Source of the DNA: Bacteroidia bacterium
Lineage (GTDB): Bacteria > Bacteroidota > Bacteroidia > UKL13-3
DNA length: 64,000 nt
NCBI GenBank assembly: GCA_044239605.1
Contig: JBIIBC010000002.1
Location: forward strand, 135,441 to 199,440
Direction: 5' to 3'
Positions within the stretch are counted from its first letter, which is position 1. Each line of letters begins with the position of its first letter. Below the pieces are notes generated by a model, which did not search any database, was not told the DNA's origin, and saw only the letters and a list, made by a program, of their open reading frames with translations. Below are positions 20,379-31,243 of this stretch, in pieces. The translations under genes were made by a program, and so were the position numbers.

Positions 20379-23300
20379 TTATTTCAAAACAGTAAAATTT
20401 CCTTTTAAAGTGTTGCTTTCGCCATTCCATCCATTGTATTCAATTAAATAAACATACACATCATTGGCTATAATTTGAGTACCAATATTTAAATTAAATG
20501 GTTTGTTTTTATCATTTGTTTCAAAAATCAATTGGCCCCAACGGTTATAAATTTTTAAATTATATTCTTTTACAAATGCATGCGATACTTTCCAAACATC
20601 ATTTAGGTTATCGCCATTCGCAGTGTAGGCATTTGGTGCGTATAAATATGGTGCTTGTAACAATTCAATAATATTTGATTCGCTCGTTGCATTACCAATA
20701 TTAGGATTTTGATGCGCCACAGTTTGGTAATAATATAAACCTACATTGTAATCTAACTTGGTATCTTGAACTACCAATTGTTTGGTACTATTAGGTAAGA
20801 TATTAACAAAAGTTGGGTCGTAAGCATTGGCACGCAATAAATCAAATTTTTGAGTGCCTAATGTCCAATAATTATAGTCTTGCCACTCAAGTGTATGAGC
20901 TAATTTTTCAGAAACACCTTTAAGCAATATACTGCAAGCTGAATCGTTATTAATACTTTCAATCCCGCATGCATTTGAATTGGTTACTTTGTAACAATAC
21001 GAATGGTCGTCTACTTTTACATCATTATCAATAAATGTGGTATCGCTTATTTTATTAACTGTTCCAATAAAATTAAAACCTTTGCCATTTCTATCTTGCA
21101 TTTTATAAATTGAATAATTTAAAAATGCTTTACTATCATTTTTCGATTTATTCCAAACCAATTTTACCTCTTTGTCATCTTTAACAGTTACCGTGTACCA
21201 AGTTAATTTCTCAGGATAATTGCCATCAGTTATTTGCATACAAACCCTATTAGAGCTATCAACAGGATGATCACACACATCGTAACTAATGGTTTGGTAA
21301 CAATAATTGATGACTCTATTATTAGTAGCATTATTGTCGGTAATAATTAAGTCGGTAGGTAAGGTAGGATACTCCCCTACTATGGTAGCAAAATTACTTT
21401 CGTTATACCTTACTAATTTCAATTTTTTAAAATATTTAGTACTACTAAATTGTGGTAAAGTTACTTTTACTGATTGATTATTAATTCTTATTGGACAGTT
21501 AATATCAGGCACAGGCAAACCACTAATTGGCAACACATTGACTGTAATTACCTTTGTTTTCTCACGTGGTTGTGGGCATTGATTATCTCTTACTTTATAA
21601 TATAATACGTATGATTTTAACTCAGTATTGCAATCAGTAATCATTTTAAAACCAACTATAGACTGTCCTAACCCATTTAATTTGGTAAAAGCTATATTAC
21701 TAAAATCTAATAAAGAACCCGAAAGCGATAAAAACATTGAGTCTTTTTGGTCGATAGAAGAAACTAAAAATTGAGCATCTAAAGTATCGGTTTGGATAAT
21801 ATTAATGACAGTATCAGCAACATCTAAAAAGCTGGGATTACTAATGGTATCACCAACATATATGCTGCTAATTATTCTACTTGTATCTCCAATAATCCCG
21901 CAATTATTTACACTTACTAGTTTGTATTGAGTTTGCAAAATCTTATGGTTCAAGGCATTTAAATCTAACCTATTTATTGTTTGCCAATTGGCAATGGTAT
22001 CAATTTGAATAAACGGACTACTATTTACACTTTTTATTAATTTTAAATGTCCAAATGTGGCGGGTTTACTAGCATAAGGATTCCATTTAATATTTACGGT
22101 ATTGTCATCAATTGAATAAAGGCAAGCTAAAAATGGACTTGAAATAGGAGGTGATAACACAATAATTTTTATTCTACCAGAACCTGTTTTTGAAAGAGGA
22201 CAAGCATCATCCATTAAACTTAAATCAACAATAAAAGTATCGCTCACAAAGTCTTTACATAAAGTAGCCCATTTTAACCTAGCTTGAGTTAAACCTTTTG
22301 ATCGACTTTCAACAGTAAAAATAGCAGGATTAATACCCGGCAATAATATTTTCCCATTGGCTAAAACTGAGATAGAATCATTGTCTTTATCAATAATATT
22401 GGCTAAAAAATCGAGCGTATCACCTGCATTCACATATAATAAAGTATCTCTAAATTCTGGTGGATAAATAGAAGCGTCCAAATTAAATTTAAATACCCCA
22501 ATATTACAACCAGCGCTGCCAATAAACTTATTATTTCTACCCGGATTAGTATTACTCCAAGCACCTGCAGTAGTAGGAAAATCGTTATTACCCCAACAGC
22601 CTGCACAAACAGTTTGGTAAATAATAAAGTTTTTATCAAAATGACTAGTGCCCCCATCTACATGTTCAGCACTTAAAGCACCTCCATAAAAACTAGCATA
22701 AGAAAGTTCCTTTAAGCCATCGCCTAAAATCATTAAATAAAAATCGCTGCCATCTGTAGTACGTTGAAATGCATTGGTAGTGGTAGGCAATCCATTGGTA
22801 TTATCCAAATTGGGATTGTTAATCAAATTTACACTTCCACCCCAACCACTAAAATAAAGTCTATCACACTTATCAATTACAAATGCAGTTGGAGATAAAC
22901 TTGGAAATGCAGCCGATTTACCAAAGGTAGTGGATACTATTTCGGTTGATAAATTGCGGTTAAATCCTTTCACAAATTGTTTGCCATTGGGCACACTATA
23001 AACACCAGGGGTTACATTGATGGCACCAGTAGTTTGCCCAATAACATAAACATCGCCCCTATCATTTACCTGAATTAAAAATGATTGGTCGTACGAAGGC
23101 GTGCCAACATAAACCGTAGTAGGTGTTCCAGAGCCACTTGTATTCGTTTTTAAAATATAACCATCTACACCACCATTATAAGGATAAATAATTGATGCTC
23201 CCGGTAAATTACTAGAAGTAGTTCCACCTGTTACGTATAAATTATTCAATACATCAATGATAATGGCATAACAAGCATCATCGCCCGAACCACCTACATA

Positions 23301-24767
23301 AGTGCAAAAATTTAAATTGGAAAGCGAATTATTAAATCTTGCTATCAAACCATCTATTGTTCCACCACCATAAGTTGGTTGAAAAGCATTTGGCAATGGT
23401 AATAAATCGGAATTTTTTGATGAGGTAACGCTTGAAATATAAATGTTATCAAACATGTCAACAATTACCTCTCCCCTGTACCAATCAGCATAATTATAAC
23501 ACAATATACCATTGGCTGTTGGGTAACCATGTTCTTCAGTTCCTGAAATACCATCGCGAGCAGCACCACCTAAAAAAGTAGAACCTATAAGCGATATGCC
23601 ATCGCTACTAAGTTTACTGATAAAAATATCGGTTATACCATTAAAACTTCTATCATAGCCACTACTTGTTACAGGAAAATTGGATGAATAAGTTGAACCC
23701 ATTACTACTAACTCACCAACACTATTGGCGCTCATGCTATGAGGCTGTTCATTATTACTTCCTCCTAAATAAGTAGCCCAAATCATATTGGTACCATCAG
23801 GCGAAAACTTAGCAACAATACAATCGCGCGCATATTCGTTGCCTATTCCATTTCCACCTGCAAAACTAGCTTGAAACCTACCAGCAGTTTTAGGGAAACT
23901 AGCTCCATAAATGGTTCCACCAGCAAAAGCATTTCCATTTAAATCAAAGGCAGAACAAAAACCAAAATTATCGGAAACAGAACCAACATAAGTTCCAAAA
24001 ATTAAAGTAGGGTCAATAATTAATTCTCTGTCTTTTTGGTACTCGCCTATGTTAAAACTGAGTATATTTTTGTCTAATTGATACGATGAATATATACTAG
24101 TTGAAATATTATTTAAACGTTGAAACGATTCAGGCTTTTGTTCTAAAATGGTTCCAACCCATGTTTTAACTACCAAATCTTGGTTTTCTTTAAAAATAGA
24201 ATCCGCACCTTCGTACCTTAATTTTATTTGATTGGGGTTAATGTTTGGCTTTACAATAAAATTAGATTTAGCATAATAACCATTGCTATTTATTTCTAAA
24301 TCAATGCCTTTATACACATTTTTTAAAATAATTTGACCATAAGCTCTCACCTTGCTGCGCCAATTATCTTGACTGCCATTAAAAAAATTATAATACTCTG
24401 CAAAAGGCATATTGGCCTCTATGGTTACATTTTCCGGAGTACCATTATCAAAAAAAACCTTTACTACCTGTGCATTGGCTTGGTTAATTTTATGTCCATG
24501 TTGATGATCGTGAACGGCTTTTTTATCAATTAAGTAATAGGTTAAACAGTTTTTTGAAACAAATAAATGCCCTCCTGGAATATCGGCTTTATATAAAACT
24601 TCAGGTGTCCATTGACCTTTATTTTCAATAAATTTTATTTGAAATTTAGTATCACCTATTGCCCATGAAGCAAAACTAAAACTGCTCAATAACAGCACTA
24701 TTAGTAAGCTTTTAAGTAAAGCATTGATAGTTTTATTAATTGACTTATTTAGTAGAGTTAGCACCAA
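20379..24767 (-). CDS. Large T9SS type-B cargo protein with the gliding-motility-associated C-terminal domain. Beta-propeller/SBBP-like repeats at the N-terminus, Ig-like middle region.
   Basis: C-terminus YLYAPNAYTANGDNLNDVWKV...YNLKIYNRWGQLIFET is the classic type-B CTD. Signal peptide present. 1462 aa. Confidence 0.75.
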   Translation of the reverse strand: MVLTLLNKSINKTINALLKSLLIVLLLSSFSFASWAIGDTKFQIKFIENKGQWTPEVLYKADIPGGHLFVSKNCLTYYLIDKKAVHDHQHGHKINQANAQVVKVFFDNGTPENVTIEANMPFAEYYNFFNGSQDNWRSKVRAYGQIILKNVYKGIDLEINSNGYYAKSNFIVKPNINPNQIKLRYEGADSIFKENQDLVVKTWVGTILEQKPESFQRLNNISTSIYSSYQLDKNILSFNIGEYQKDRELIIDPTLIFGTYVGSVSDNFGFCSAFDLNGNAFAGGTIYGASFPKTAGRFQASFAGGNGIGNEYARDCIVAKFSPDGTNMIWATYLGGSNNEQPHSMSANSVGELVVMGSTYSSNFPVTSSGYDRSFNGITDIFISKLSSDGISLIGSTFLGGAARDGISGTEEHGYPTANGILCYNYADWYRGEVIVDMFDNIYISSVTSSKNSDLLPLPNAFQPTYGGGTIDGLIARFNNSLSNLNFCTYVGGSGDDACYAIIIDVLNNLYVTGGTTSSNLPGASIIYPYNGGVDGYILKTNTSGSGTPTTVYVGTPSYDQSFLIQVNDRGDVYVIGQTTGAINVTPGVYSVPNGKQFVKGFNRNLSTEIVSTTFGKSAAFPSLSPTAFVIDKCDRLYFSGWGGSVNLINNPNLDNTNGLPTTTNAFQRTTDGSDFYLMILGDGLKELSYASFYGGALSAEHVDGGTSHFDKNFIIYQTVCAGCWGNNDFPTTAGAWSNTNPGRNNKFIGSAGCNIGVFKFNLDASIYPPEFRDTLLYVNAGDTLDFLANIIDKDNDSISVLANGKILLPGINPAIFTVESRSKGLTQARLKWATLCKDFVSDTFIVDLSLMDDACPLSKTGSGRIKIIVLSPPISSPFLACLYSIDDNTVNIKWNPYASKPATFGHLKLIKSVNSSPFIQIDTIANWQTINRLDLNALNHKILQTQYKLVSVNNCGIIGDTSRIISSIYVGDTISNPSFLDVADTVINIIQTDTLDAQFLVSSIDQKDSMFLSLSGSLLDFSNIAFTKLNGLGQSIVGFKMITDCNTELKSYVLYYKVRDNQCPQPREKTKVITVNVLPISGLPVPDINCPIRINNQSVKVTLPQFSSTKYFKKLKLVRYNESNFATIVGEYPTLPTDLIITDNNATNNRVINYCYQTISYDVCDHPVDSSNRVCMQITDGNYPEKLTWYTVTVKDDKEVKLVWNKSKNDSKAFLNYSIYKMQDRNGKGFNFIGTVNKISDTTFIDNDVKVDDHSYCYKVTNSNACGIESINNDSACSILLKGVSEKLAHTLEWQDYNYWTLGTQKFDLLRANAYDPTFVNILPNSTKQLVVQDTKLDYNVGLYYYQTVAHQNPNIGNATSESNIIELLQAPYLYAPNAYTANGDNLNDVWKVSHAFVKEYNLKIYNRWGQLIFETNDKNKPFNLNIGTQIIANDVYVYLIEYNGWNGESNTLKGNFTVLK

Positions 24768-25026
24768 AGTTTAACCGTTAATGATGAGCAATCTACAAAT
24801 TTTAATTAGCTCTACATACTTAATTTATACTTAAACTAAAAAATTACAAATCTGGAAGAAATGTTGAATGTTAGATTTTGAATGTTGGATTACTTAATCG
24901 TCAAAATACAAAAGCTCCATAGGATGATGCTTCCCTCGCGATTAATTCAAATAGAATCAAACTTACACTGTGCTGAAACGTCATTGCGAACTTAGAGAAG
25001 CAATCTCAAGCAAGCATACACGGTGC

Positions 25027-25060
25027 GGGAAAAACTTTGTCAAAGTTTGAAACTTTGACA
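25027..25060. promoter_or_regulatory. Near-perfect 33-bp palindrome (aactttgtcaaagttt-g-aaactttgacaaagtt): tex terminator and/or an operator
   Basis: Seen directly. Preceded by ggg-aaaaa on the + strand, which gives a T-run after the hairpin on the - strand. Confidence 0.4.
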
Positions 25061-25193
25061 AAGTTAAACACAGCAACAATGCTAATGGAAAAGTATTTAT
25101 TAGTTAAGGAAGATGCCTACGGCATGACGTGCGTGACAAGAACAATCAATCTCCAAATCAAAAATCAACAAATCAATCACGCTTTGCGTGACA

Positions 25194-27332
25194 CTAAACC
25201 CCCTTCATACTCAAACTAATTCTTTTCCTTGCCAAATCAACTTCCATTACTTTTACTTGAACATGTTGTTGTAGTTTTACTACTTGGTTAGGATCTGAAA
25301 TATACTTATCGGCCATTTGCGATATATGAACCATTCCATCTTGTTTTACACCAATATCTACAAAACAACCAAACTTGGTAATATTAGTTACTATGCCTGG
25401 CAATATCATGCCTTCATTTAAATCTTCAGGTTTTTTAACATTAGCAAAAGTGAACGGTTTAAGGGTTTCCCTTGGGTCGCGGCCAGGTTTGGCTAACTCT
25501 TTTAAAATATCGTTGATGGTTAATAAACCTGCTGTTTGGGTTATATAATTTTCGGGCTTTATGTCCTTTCTTATCACTTCATTTTTTACCAAATCTTCTA
25601 CCTTACATCCATTTTGTTTGGCCATTTGCTCCACTATTACATAACTTTCAGGATGCACTGCACTGTTATCTAAGACATTTTTAGCATTAGGAATACGTAA
25701 AAAAGCTGCACATTGTTCAAACGTTTTTTCACCCAAACGTGGTATTTTTTTCAACTGACTGCGAGAGGTAAACGCCCCATGTTCATTCCTGAAATTAATA
25801 ATATTTTGAGCTGTTTGAGCACTTAAACCCGATACATAAGTAAGCAAACTTTTACTAGCAGTATTTAAGTTAACGCCCACTTGGTTTACACAACTTTGCA
25901 CCACCACATCCAAACTTTGTTTCAGTTTATTTTGATCTACATCGTGTTGGTACTGCCCCACTCCTATCGACTTAGCATCAATTTTTACCAACTCAGCTAA
26001 TGGATCGGCAAGCCTACGACCAATAGATACTGCACCGCGCACTGTTACATCTTTATCAGGAAATTCATCTCTGGCTACCTCGCTAGCTGAGTAAACCGAA
26101 GCACCATTTTCGTTCACCATAAAAAGTTGTGGTTCGTTTTTAAAATTGATGCCTCTTACCAAATCTTCTGTTTCGCGGCCCGCTGTTCCGTTGCCAATGG
26201 CAATAGCTTCTATATTGTATTTTTCAACCAAAAAAGTAAGCTTAGCTATGGCTTGTTGCGCATCGCGTTGCGGCTCGTGAGGATAAATAATATCATCGGC
26301 TAGTAACTTTCCTTCTTCATTTAAGCATACCACTTTACAGCCCGACCTAAAACCAGGATCTATGGCTAAAATACGCTTGCTACCCAAAGGTGCCGATAGT
26401 AATAATTGCTTTAAATTTTCGGCAAAAACCCTAATGGCTTCTTCATCGGCTTTGGCTTTGGCTAAGTTTCTAAACTCAGTTTCCATAGAAGGTGCCAACA
26501 ATCGTTTGTAAGCATCTTTCACCGCCAATTCTATTTGATAACTGCTATCGTTATTGCGTTTTATAAACTGAAAATCCAGTTTTTGAATAGCTATGTCTTC
26601 ATCAGGCTCAATATTCAATTTTAAAAAACCTTCTTCTTCGCCTCTAAACACCGCCAAAAGCCTGTGCGATGGACAACGATTCAAGGGTTCATCGTACTTA
26701 AAATAATCTTGGTATTTACTGCCTTCTGCTTCCTTGCCTTTAGCCACTTTGGTATAAACAATGGCATGTTTTTCAAACTGATTACGCACCAAGTTACGCG
26801 CTTTGGGATCTTCGTTTACCATTTCGGCTATAATATCTCTAGCGCCTTGCAATGCTTCGTCTTCGGTTTGCACCCCATTTTTTAAATAACGAGATGCCTC
26901 TATTTCTGCACTGTTGTAATTTTCTTTCAATAACCATAAAGCCAAAGGCTCCAAACCTTTTTCGCGGGCTATACTGGCCTTGGTTTTACGCTTAGGTTTA
27001 TAAGGTAAATATATATCCTCTAGCAAGTTCGTATCCCAACAATCTACAATACTTTTTTCCAAAGCAGGCGTTAGTTTTCCTTGCTCTTTTATGGTGTCTA
27101 TTATAGTGAGTTTGCGCTTAACTAACTCGGTATATTTTAAATTTAATAACCTGATGTTTTCAATATGTACTTCGTCTAAAGCCTGCGTAAGTTCCTTTCT
27201 GTATCGCGATATAAAAGGAACGGTGCTGCCTTCGTTTAATAATTTAATGGTAGCAGCTACTTGCCTAGCCTGAATACCAAGTTGCTGCGCAATAATGGCT
27301 ATAAAATCTGTTTCGTGCATAAAGAGGCACAA
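25194..27332 (-). CDS. tex: Transcription accessory protein Tex (HhH, YqgF and S1 domains)
   Basis: Tex-specific N-terminus, YqgF-like core, HhH region and C-terminal S1 domain (GMILPGIVTNITKFGCFVDIGVKQDGMVHISQMADKYISDPNQVVKLQQHVQVKVMEVDLARKRISLSMK). 712 aa. Confidence 0.9.
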   Translation of the reverse strand: MCLFMHETDFIAIIAQQLGIQARQVAATIKLLNEGSTVPFISRYRKELTQALDEVHIENIRLLNLKYTELVKRKLTIIDTIKEQGKLTPALEKSIVDCWDTNLLEDIYLPYKPKRKTKASIAREKGLEPLALWLLKENYNSAEIEASRYLKNGVQTEDEALQGARDIIAEMVNEDPKARNLVRNQFEKHAIVYTKVAKGKEAEGSKYQDYFKYDEPLNRCPSHRLLAVFRGEEEGFLKLNIEPDEDIAIQKLDFQFIKRNNDSSYQIELAVKDAYKRLLAPSMETEFRNLAKAKADEEAIRVFAENLKQLLLSAPLGSKRILAIDPGFRSGCKVVCLNEEGKLLADDIIYPHEPQRDAQQAIAKLTFLVEKYNIEAIAIGNGTAGRETEDLVRGINFKNEPQLFMVNENGASVYSASEVARDEFPDKDVTVRGAVSIGRRLADPLAELVKIDAKSIGVGQYQHDVDQNKLKQSLDVVVQSCVNQVGVNLNTASKSLLTYVSGLSAQTAQNIINFRNEHGAFTSRSQLKKIPRLGEKTFEQCAAFLRIPNAKNVLDNSAVHPESYVIVEQMAKQNGCKVEDLVKNEVIRKDIKPENYITQTAGLLTINDILKELAKPGRDPRETLKPFTFANVKKPEDLNEGMILPGIVTNITKFGCFVDIGVKQDGMVHISQMADKYISDPNQVVKLQQHVQVKVMEVDLARKRISLSMKGV

Positions 27333-27410
27333 TATAATTACAAATAAATAAAGGATAAAAATAATCTCTTTATATTAAGCGTAAATTATACAATCAATAA
27401 ATTAATTTAA

Positions 27411-28403
27411 TTAAAACAATGTATTAATTTCTGACAGACTAATGTTTTTTACATTATTTAAGTTTCTTTTAGAAACACCAAACAAATACGTTTTATCATA
27501 ATATAATAACATAGCCTCTGCCCAAGCTGATAAATTGTTTTCATCAAGCATTTGGATAGCTTGTCGAGTTCTCAAATCACCTAAACGTTTGTATAATTTT
27601 TGAGTAGATTGTTTCAATAATTCTTTATCAAAATGTCCATAATCATTAACAATATTTTGAACCCTTTGAACTAAGGGAACTTCTAAAAAGTAAAGTTTAT
27701 TATTACGTATTGCTTCATGAATTTTGGTTGGCACTTTACACCTACCTATAATATTACTTTCATCTTCCACCCAAATAGGTATTTGATTATTGAACAAATG
27801 AAGGGTTGTTGCAATTAAATTTTCAAACATCTCGTTTGTTGGTTGTTCGGGCATTCCCAAACTACCAAATGCTGAACCTCTATGATTGGCTATTCCTTCC
27901 AAGTCAAGAACTTGAATATTATTACTTTCTAATTTCTTTAAAATAGTTGTTTTACCACTTCCTGTATAACCACCTAATACATTGAATTTATAATCTGTTT
28001 CCAACTTATTTAAAACCCAATGTCTGAATTTTTTATAACCACCTTGCAATAAAAACACTTCAAAACCAGCAGTACTAAGAAGGTTTGCCATAATTTTACT
28101 TCTCAATCCTCCTCTATAACAATGAATAATTATCTTTTTGTTGGGAACTAATTTATAGGCTTGTTTTATGAGTAAATGAAATTGAGGGCCAATTAACTTA
28201 TAACCTAAAATAACAGCTGCCTCATGACCATTTTGTTTGTAACAAGTTCCTACTTCTTTGCGATGCTCGTTATTTAAAATTGGAAAATTAATAGCTCCTT
28301 GTATATGGCCTTGCTCAAACTCAATTGGTGCTCGCACATCAATTAAAGTGATTGTTTTTTTTAGTTCTAAAAGTGCTTCAATGCTATTAATAGGACTAAT
28401 CAT
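27411..28403 (-). CDS. mnmH: tRNA 2-selenouridine(34) synthase (rhodanese domain plus P-loop)
   Basis: N-terminal rhodanese with catalytic Cys (IIIHCYRGGLRS). Walker A motif GGYTGSGKT. Confidence 0.7.
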   Translation of the reverse strand: MISPINSIEALLELKKTITLIDVRAPIEFEQGHIQGAINFPILNNEHRKEVGTCYKQNGHEAAVILGYKLIGPQFHLLIKQAYKLVPNKKIIIHCYRGGLRSKIMANLLSTAGFEVFLLQGGYKKFRHWVLNKLETDYKFNVLGGYTGSGKTTILKKLESNNIQVLDLEGIANHRGSAFGSLGMPEQPTNEMFENLIATTLHLFNNQIPIWVEDESNIIGRCKVPTKIHEAIRNNKLYFLEVPLVQRVQNIVNDYGHFDKELLKQSTQKLYKRLGDLRTRQAIQMLDENNLSAWAEAMLLYYDKTYLFGVSKRNLNNVKNISLSEINTLF

Positions 28404-29058
28404 TTAATAAATAGGTTTTAGCTTGAGGACCTTGATTCATTAATAAATCAATGATGGATAAATTAGGTTGAAATGGATACTTTTCGGCAAATACTTGTAA
28501 ATACTTTTTTAAATTATTGCCTTCATTCTGCTCTTCCATATTTCTATTTTTTGCATCAAAAAAAATTCTCAAATCAATACCATTTTCTTTTACCACCTCA
28601 AAGTTTTGGGTATATAAAATTGGCTTTTCAACCTTAAGTAATTTTAGTACCAATACCAATAAATCACGGTTAAGTTCAAATAAATACTCATACTTTTTCT
28701 GGAAATAAAACGATTCAAAGTAATCTTTATAATGAAACCAAAAAGCTGACTTACCATAAGCTGATTGAAAGGCTAGCCAATGTTGTTTTTGCCAATCCTC
28801 TTCATAATTTATTATAACATCTTTAACTGCCTGTTTGGTATTATGAATTTTAACAACAGGAATACTCAATACTTGTATACCATTTGCACCTAATATTTTA
28901 CATCTATTGGTGTATGTTTGTTTTATATAGTTTTGACAAATTTCAACCACTATTTCATCAGCCAAAAGTACTTGTTTTATGTATGTTAAGTTGGGCAAAT
29001 AATTGCAAGGGAGAATTATGGACGAATTCAGGCTTTTAGCTCCTAGCTGCAGGCTCAT
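28396..29058 (-). CDS. WbqC-like family protein
   Basis: About 220 aa. Overall WbqC-like pattern, assigned by family recollection only. Overlaps mnmH by 8 bp. Confidence 0.4.
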   Translation of the reverse strand: MSLQLGAKSLNSSIILPCNYLPNLTYIKQVLLADEIVVEICQNYIKQTYTNRCKILGANGIQVLSIPVVKIHNTKQAVKDVIINYEEDWQKQHWLAFQSAYGKSAFWFHYKDYFESFYFQKKYEYLFELNRDLLVLVLKLLKVEKPILYTQNFEVVKENGIDLRIFFDAKNRNMEEQNEGNNLKKYLQVFAEKYPFQPNLSIIDLLMNQGPQAKTYLLND

Positions 29059-29139
29059 TGGTAAAAAAAATTAAGTTAAAAATTATACTTCGCAAAAATA
29101 AAATTGAAGAAATAAATAAGGCAATAAAAAGAAACTAAC

Positions 29140-29862
29140 TTAACCTAATAATTCGCCAACTTTATCCCAATTCAATACACTCCAAAACGCAGCTACATAA
29201 TCAGCTCGTTTATTTTGGTATTTTAAATAATAGGCATGTTCCCATATATCAAGAGCTATAATTGGAGTACCTAAATCTTTGATGATTCCTTTCATTAGCG
29301 GATTATCTTGATTTGGAGTACTTACTATTTTTAGTTTACCATCTTGTTTTATTAACCAAACCCAACCACTCCCAAAAGTACCCATTGCTGCTTTTGAAAA
29401 TTGTTGCTTAAAGTTTTCTAGGCTTTCAAAGTTTTCGTTAATTGCTTTTAGTGTTTTTTCACTAGGCTGAGTGTTGGTTTTTAAAAGACTCCAAAATAAA
29501 GTATGGTTATAATGACCACCTGCATTATTGCGCACTGCCGCTTTCAAATCGTTTGTAATTGTATTCAAATTTCCTAATACATCTTCTATGTTTTTAAATT
29601 TCCATGAAGTGATTTTTGCCTTAGCTTCATTCAATTTGGTTACATAAGCATTGTGATGCTTGGTGTAATGAATTTCCATGGTTTGTTTATCAATAAATGG
29701 CTCCAAGGCATCAAAACTATAGCCAAGTGGCATTAACATAAAATCGTTATTAAGCTGTGCTAAAACATTATTTATTTTTGCTTCAGTTTTTTCAGAATTT
29801 AACAAGGTAGCACCTGCCAATAATGCTGCCGATTTTACAAATGATTTACGTGATAATTTCAT
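29140..29862 (-). CDS. sodA: Fe/Mn superoxide dismutase with N-terminal export signal
   Basis: HYTKHH and DIWEHAYYL metal-ligand motifs. N-terminal SRKSFVKSAALLAGATLL looks like an RK-variant Tat or Sec signal. Confidence 0.85.
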   Translation of the reverse strand: MKLSRKSFVKSAALLAGATLLNSEKTEAKINNVLAQLNNDFMLMPLGYSFDALEPFIDKQTMEIHYTKHHNAYVTKLNEAKAKITSWKFKNIEDVLGNLNTITNDLKAAVRNNAGGHYNHTLFWSLLKTNTQPSEKTLKAINENFESLENFKQQFSKAAMGTFGSGWVWLIKQDGKLKIVSTPNQDNPLMKGIIKDLGTPIIALDIWEHAYYLKYQNKRADYVAAFWSVLNWDKVGELLG

Positions 29863-29913
29863 AATAATAAAAAAACGAATGTATTGTTATTTGAAGAATA
29901 AAAATTAAAAAAA

Positions 29914-31170
29914 TTATTTACTTCTAATTGCATCTACAGGATTTAACTTACTAGCACTTAATGCGGGCAAAAAGCCTGAAATAACGCCTATACAAATACT
30001 TGTTAAAACTCCAATTATGATATTTTTTAAACTTAAAAAAAACACCACCTGAAAAACTGCTCCCAATACAGCTATGATACCCCAAACCAATAACAAACCT
30101 ATGATACAGCCTAATAAGCACAAGATAACTGCTTCAATTAAAAATTCGATGAGAATAAAATAATTTTTAGCCCCTAAACTTTTTTGTATGCCTATTTGAT
30201 TGGTGCGTTCCTTAACACTTACAAACATAATATTGGCTATACCAAAACCACCCACTAGCATAGCAAATAAACCAATAATCCAACCCGCTATATTTACCGT
30301 TTTAAATGTTTGATCAAGTTGTTGGGTTATGAGTGTAATTTTATTCAATGCAAAATTTTCTTCTTGTCCTGGTCGTAACTTACGCTGGCTGCGCATGATT
30401 CCATTTAGCTCTTGCTCTAAGGCAGGAACTCCTGCCATACCTGCTTTTACATGTATTTTACTATTTACATCATCACTATTAATTCTAACAAATTTTGCGG
30501 CTGCATTTATTGGAATGATGATGGCATTATCCAAACTGTTTCCTATTAAACTTTCTCCCTCTTTGGCAAAAACACCAACCACACCAAATTTAGTTCCTGA
30601 AATTTTAATACTTTTATTTACGGCACCTACATTTGGAAACAATGTTTGAGCCAAGTTATATCCTATTAAACATATTAAATTTCCATTTTCCGATTCATTT
30701 TCGGTAAAATAACGACCATCAAATAAATTAAAGTTACGTACCAAATAATAATCATGAGTAACTCCTTGAATATCTATTCCTGTAGCGCTATTCAGTCCAT
30801 TTTTTATAGTTTTACCGCCAATGGTTATGGTTAACATTTCAGCACTCGACAATACCGATTTTTGTTCTATTGATTTTAACTCACTTAATGAAGCATTAGG
30901 GCGGCTAATGTATTTCCACCATTTATAACCTGGACCAAATGTCCAAGGCATTTTTTCAATAAATACCACATCATTTCCCAAACTTTCTACACTTTGATGT
31001 AAGTTATTTTCAAAACTTTCAACTACTGCTAATACTGCTATGATACAAAAAATTCCGATAGTTATACCTAAGGTAGAAAGCAACGTGCGAACCTTATTTA
31101 CATACATAGTATGCAGCGCAGCTATGGCACTTTCTTTTATTTGCGTAAATATTATCCTAAAGTTTTTCAT
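29914..31170 (-). CDS. ABC transporter permease (MacB/FtsX family)
   Basis: MacB_PCD-like periplasmic domain between TM1 and a C-terminal FtsX 3-TM bundle. Confidence 0.8.
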   Translation of the reverse strand: MKNFRIIFTQIKESAIAALHTMYVNKVRTLLSTLGITIGIFCIIAVLAVVESFENNLHQSVESLGNDVVFIEKMPWTFGPGYKWWKYISRPNASLSELKSIEQKSVLSSAEMLTITIGGKTIKNGLNSATGIDIQGVTHDYYLVRNFNLFDGRYFTENESENGNLICLIGYNLAQTLFPNVGAVNKSIKISGTKFGVVGVFAKEGESLIGNSLDNAIIIPINAAAKFVRINSDDVNSKIHVKAGMAGVPALEQELNGIMRSQRKLRPGQEENFALNKITLITQQLDQTFKTVNIAGWIIGLFAMLVGGFGIANIMFVSVKERTNQIGIQKSLGAKNYFILIEFLIEAVILCLLGCIIGLLLVWGIIAVLGAVFQVVFFLSLKNIIIGVLTSICIGVISGFLPALSASKLNPVDAIRSK

Positions 31171-31243
31171 TTAAATGTATTGTCAAAAATGAACTTTATA
31201 TAATCAATAAAAAAGTTATTTTGATAAAAGGAAATTTTAAGAG

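Noticed and set aside
25037-25219. 60-aa ORF in the tex / T9SS-gene intergenic region
   Set aside because: It overlaps the palindromic terminator or operator and the tex 3' end. There is no supporting signal.
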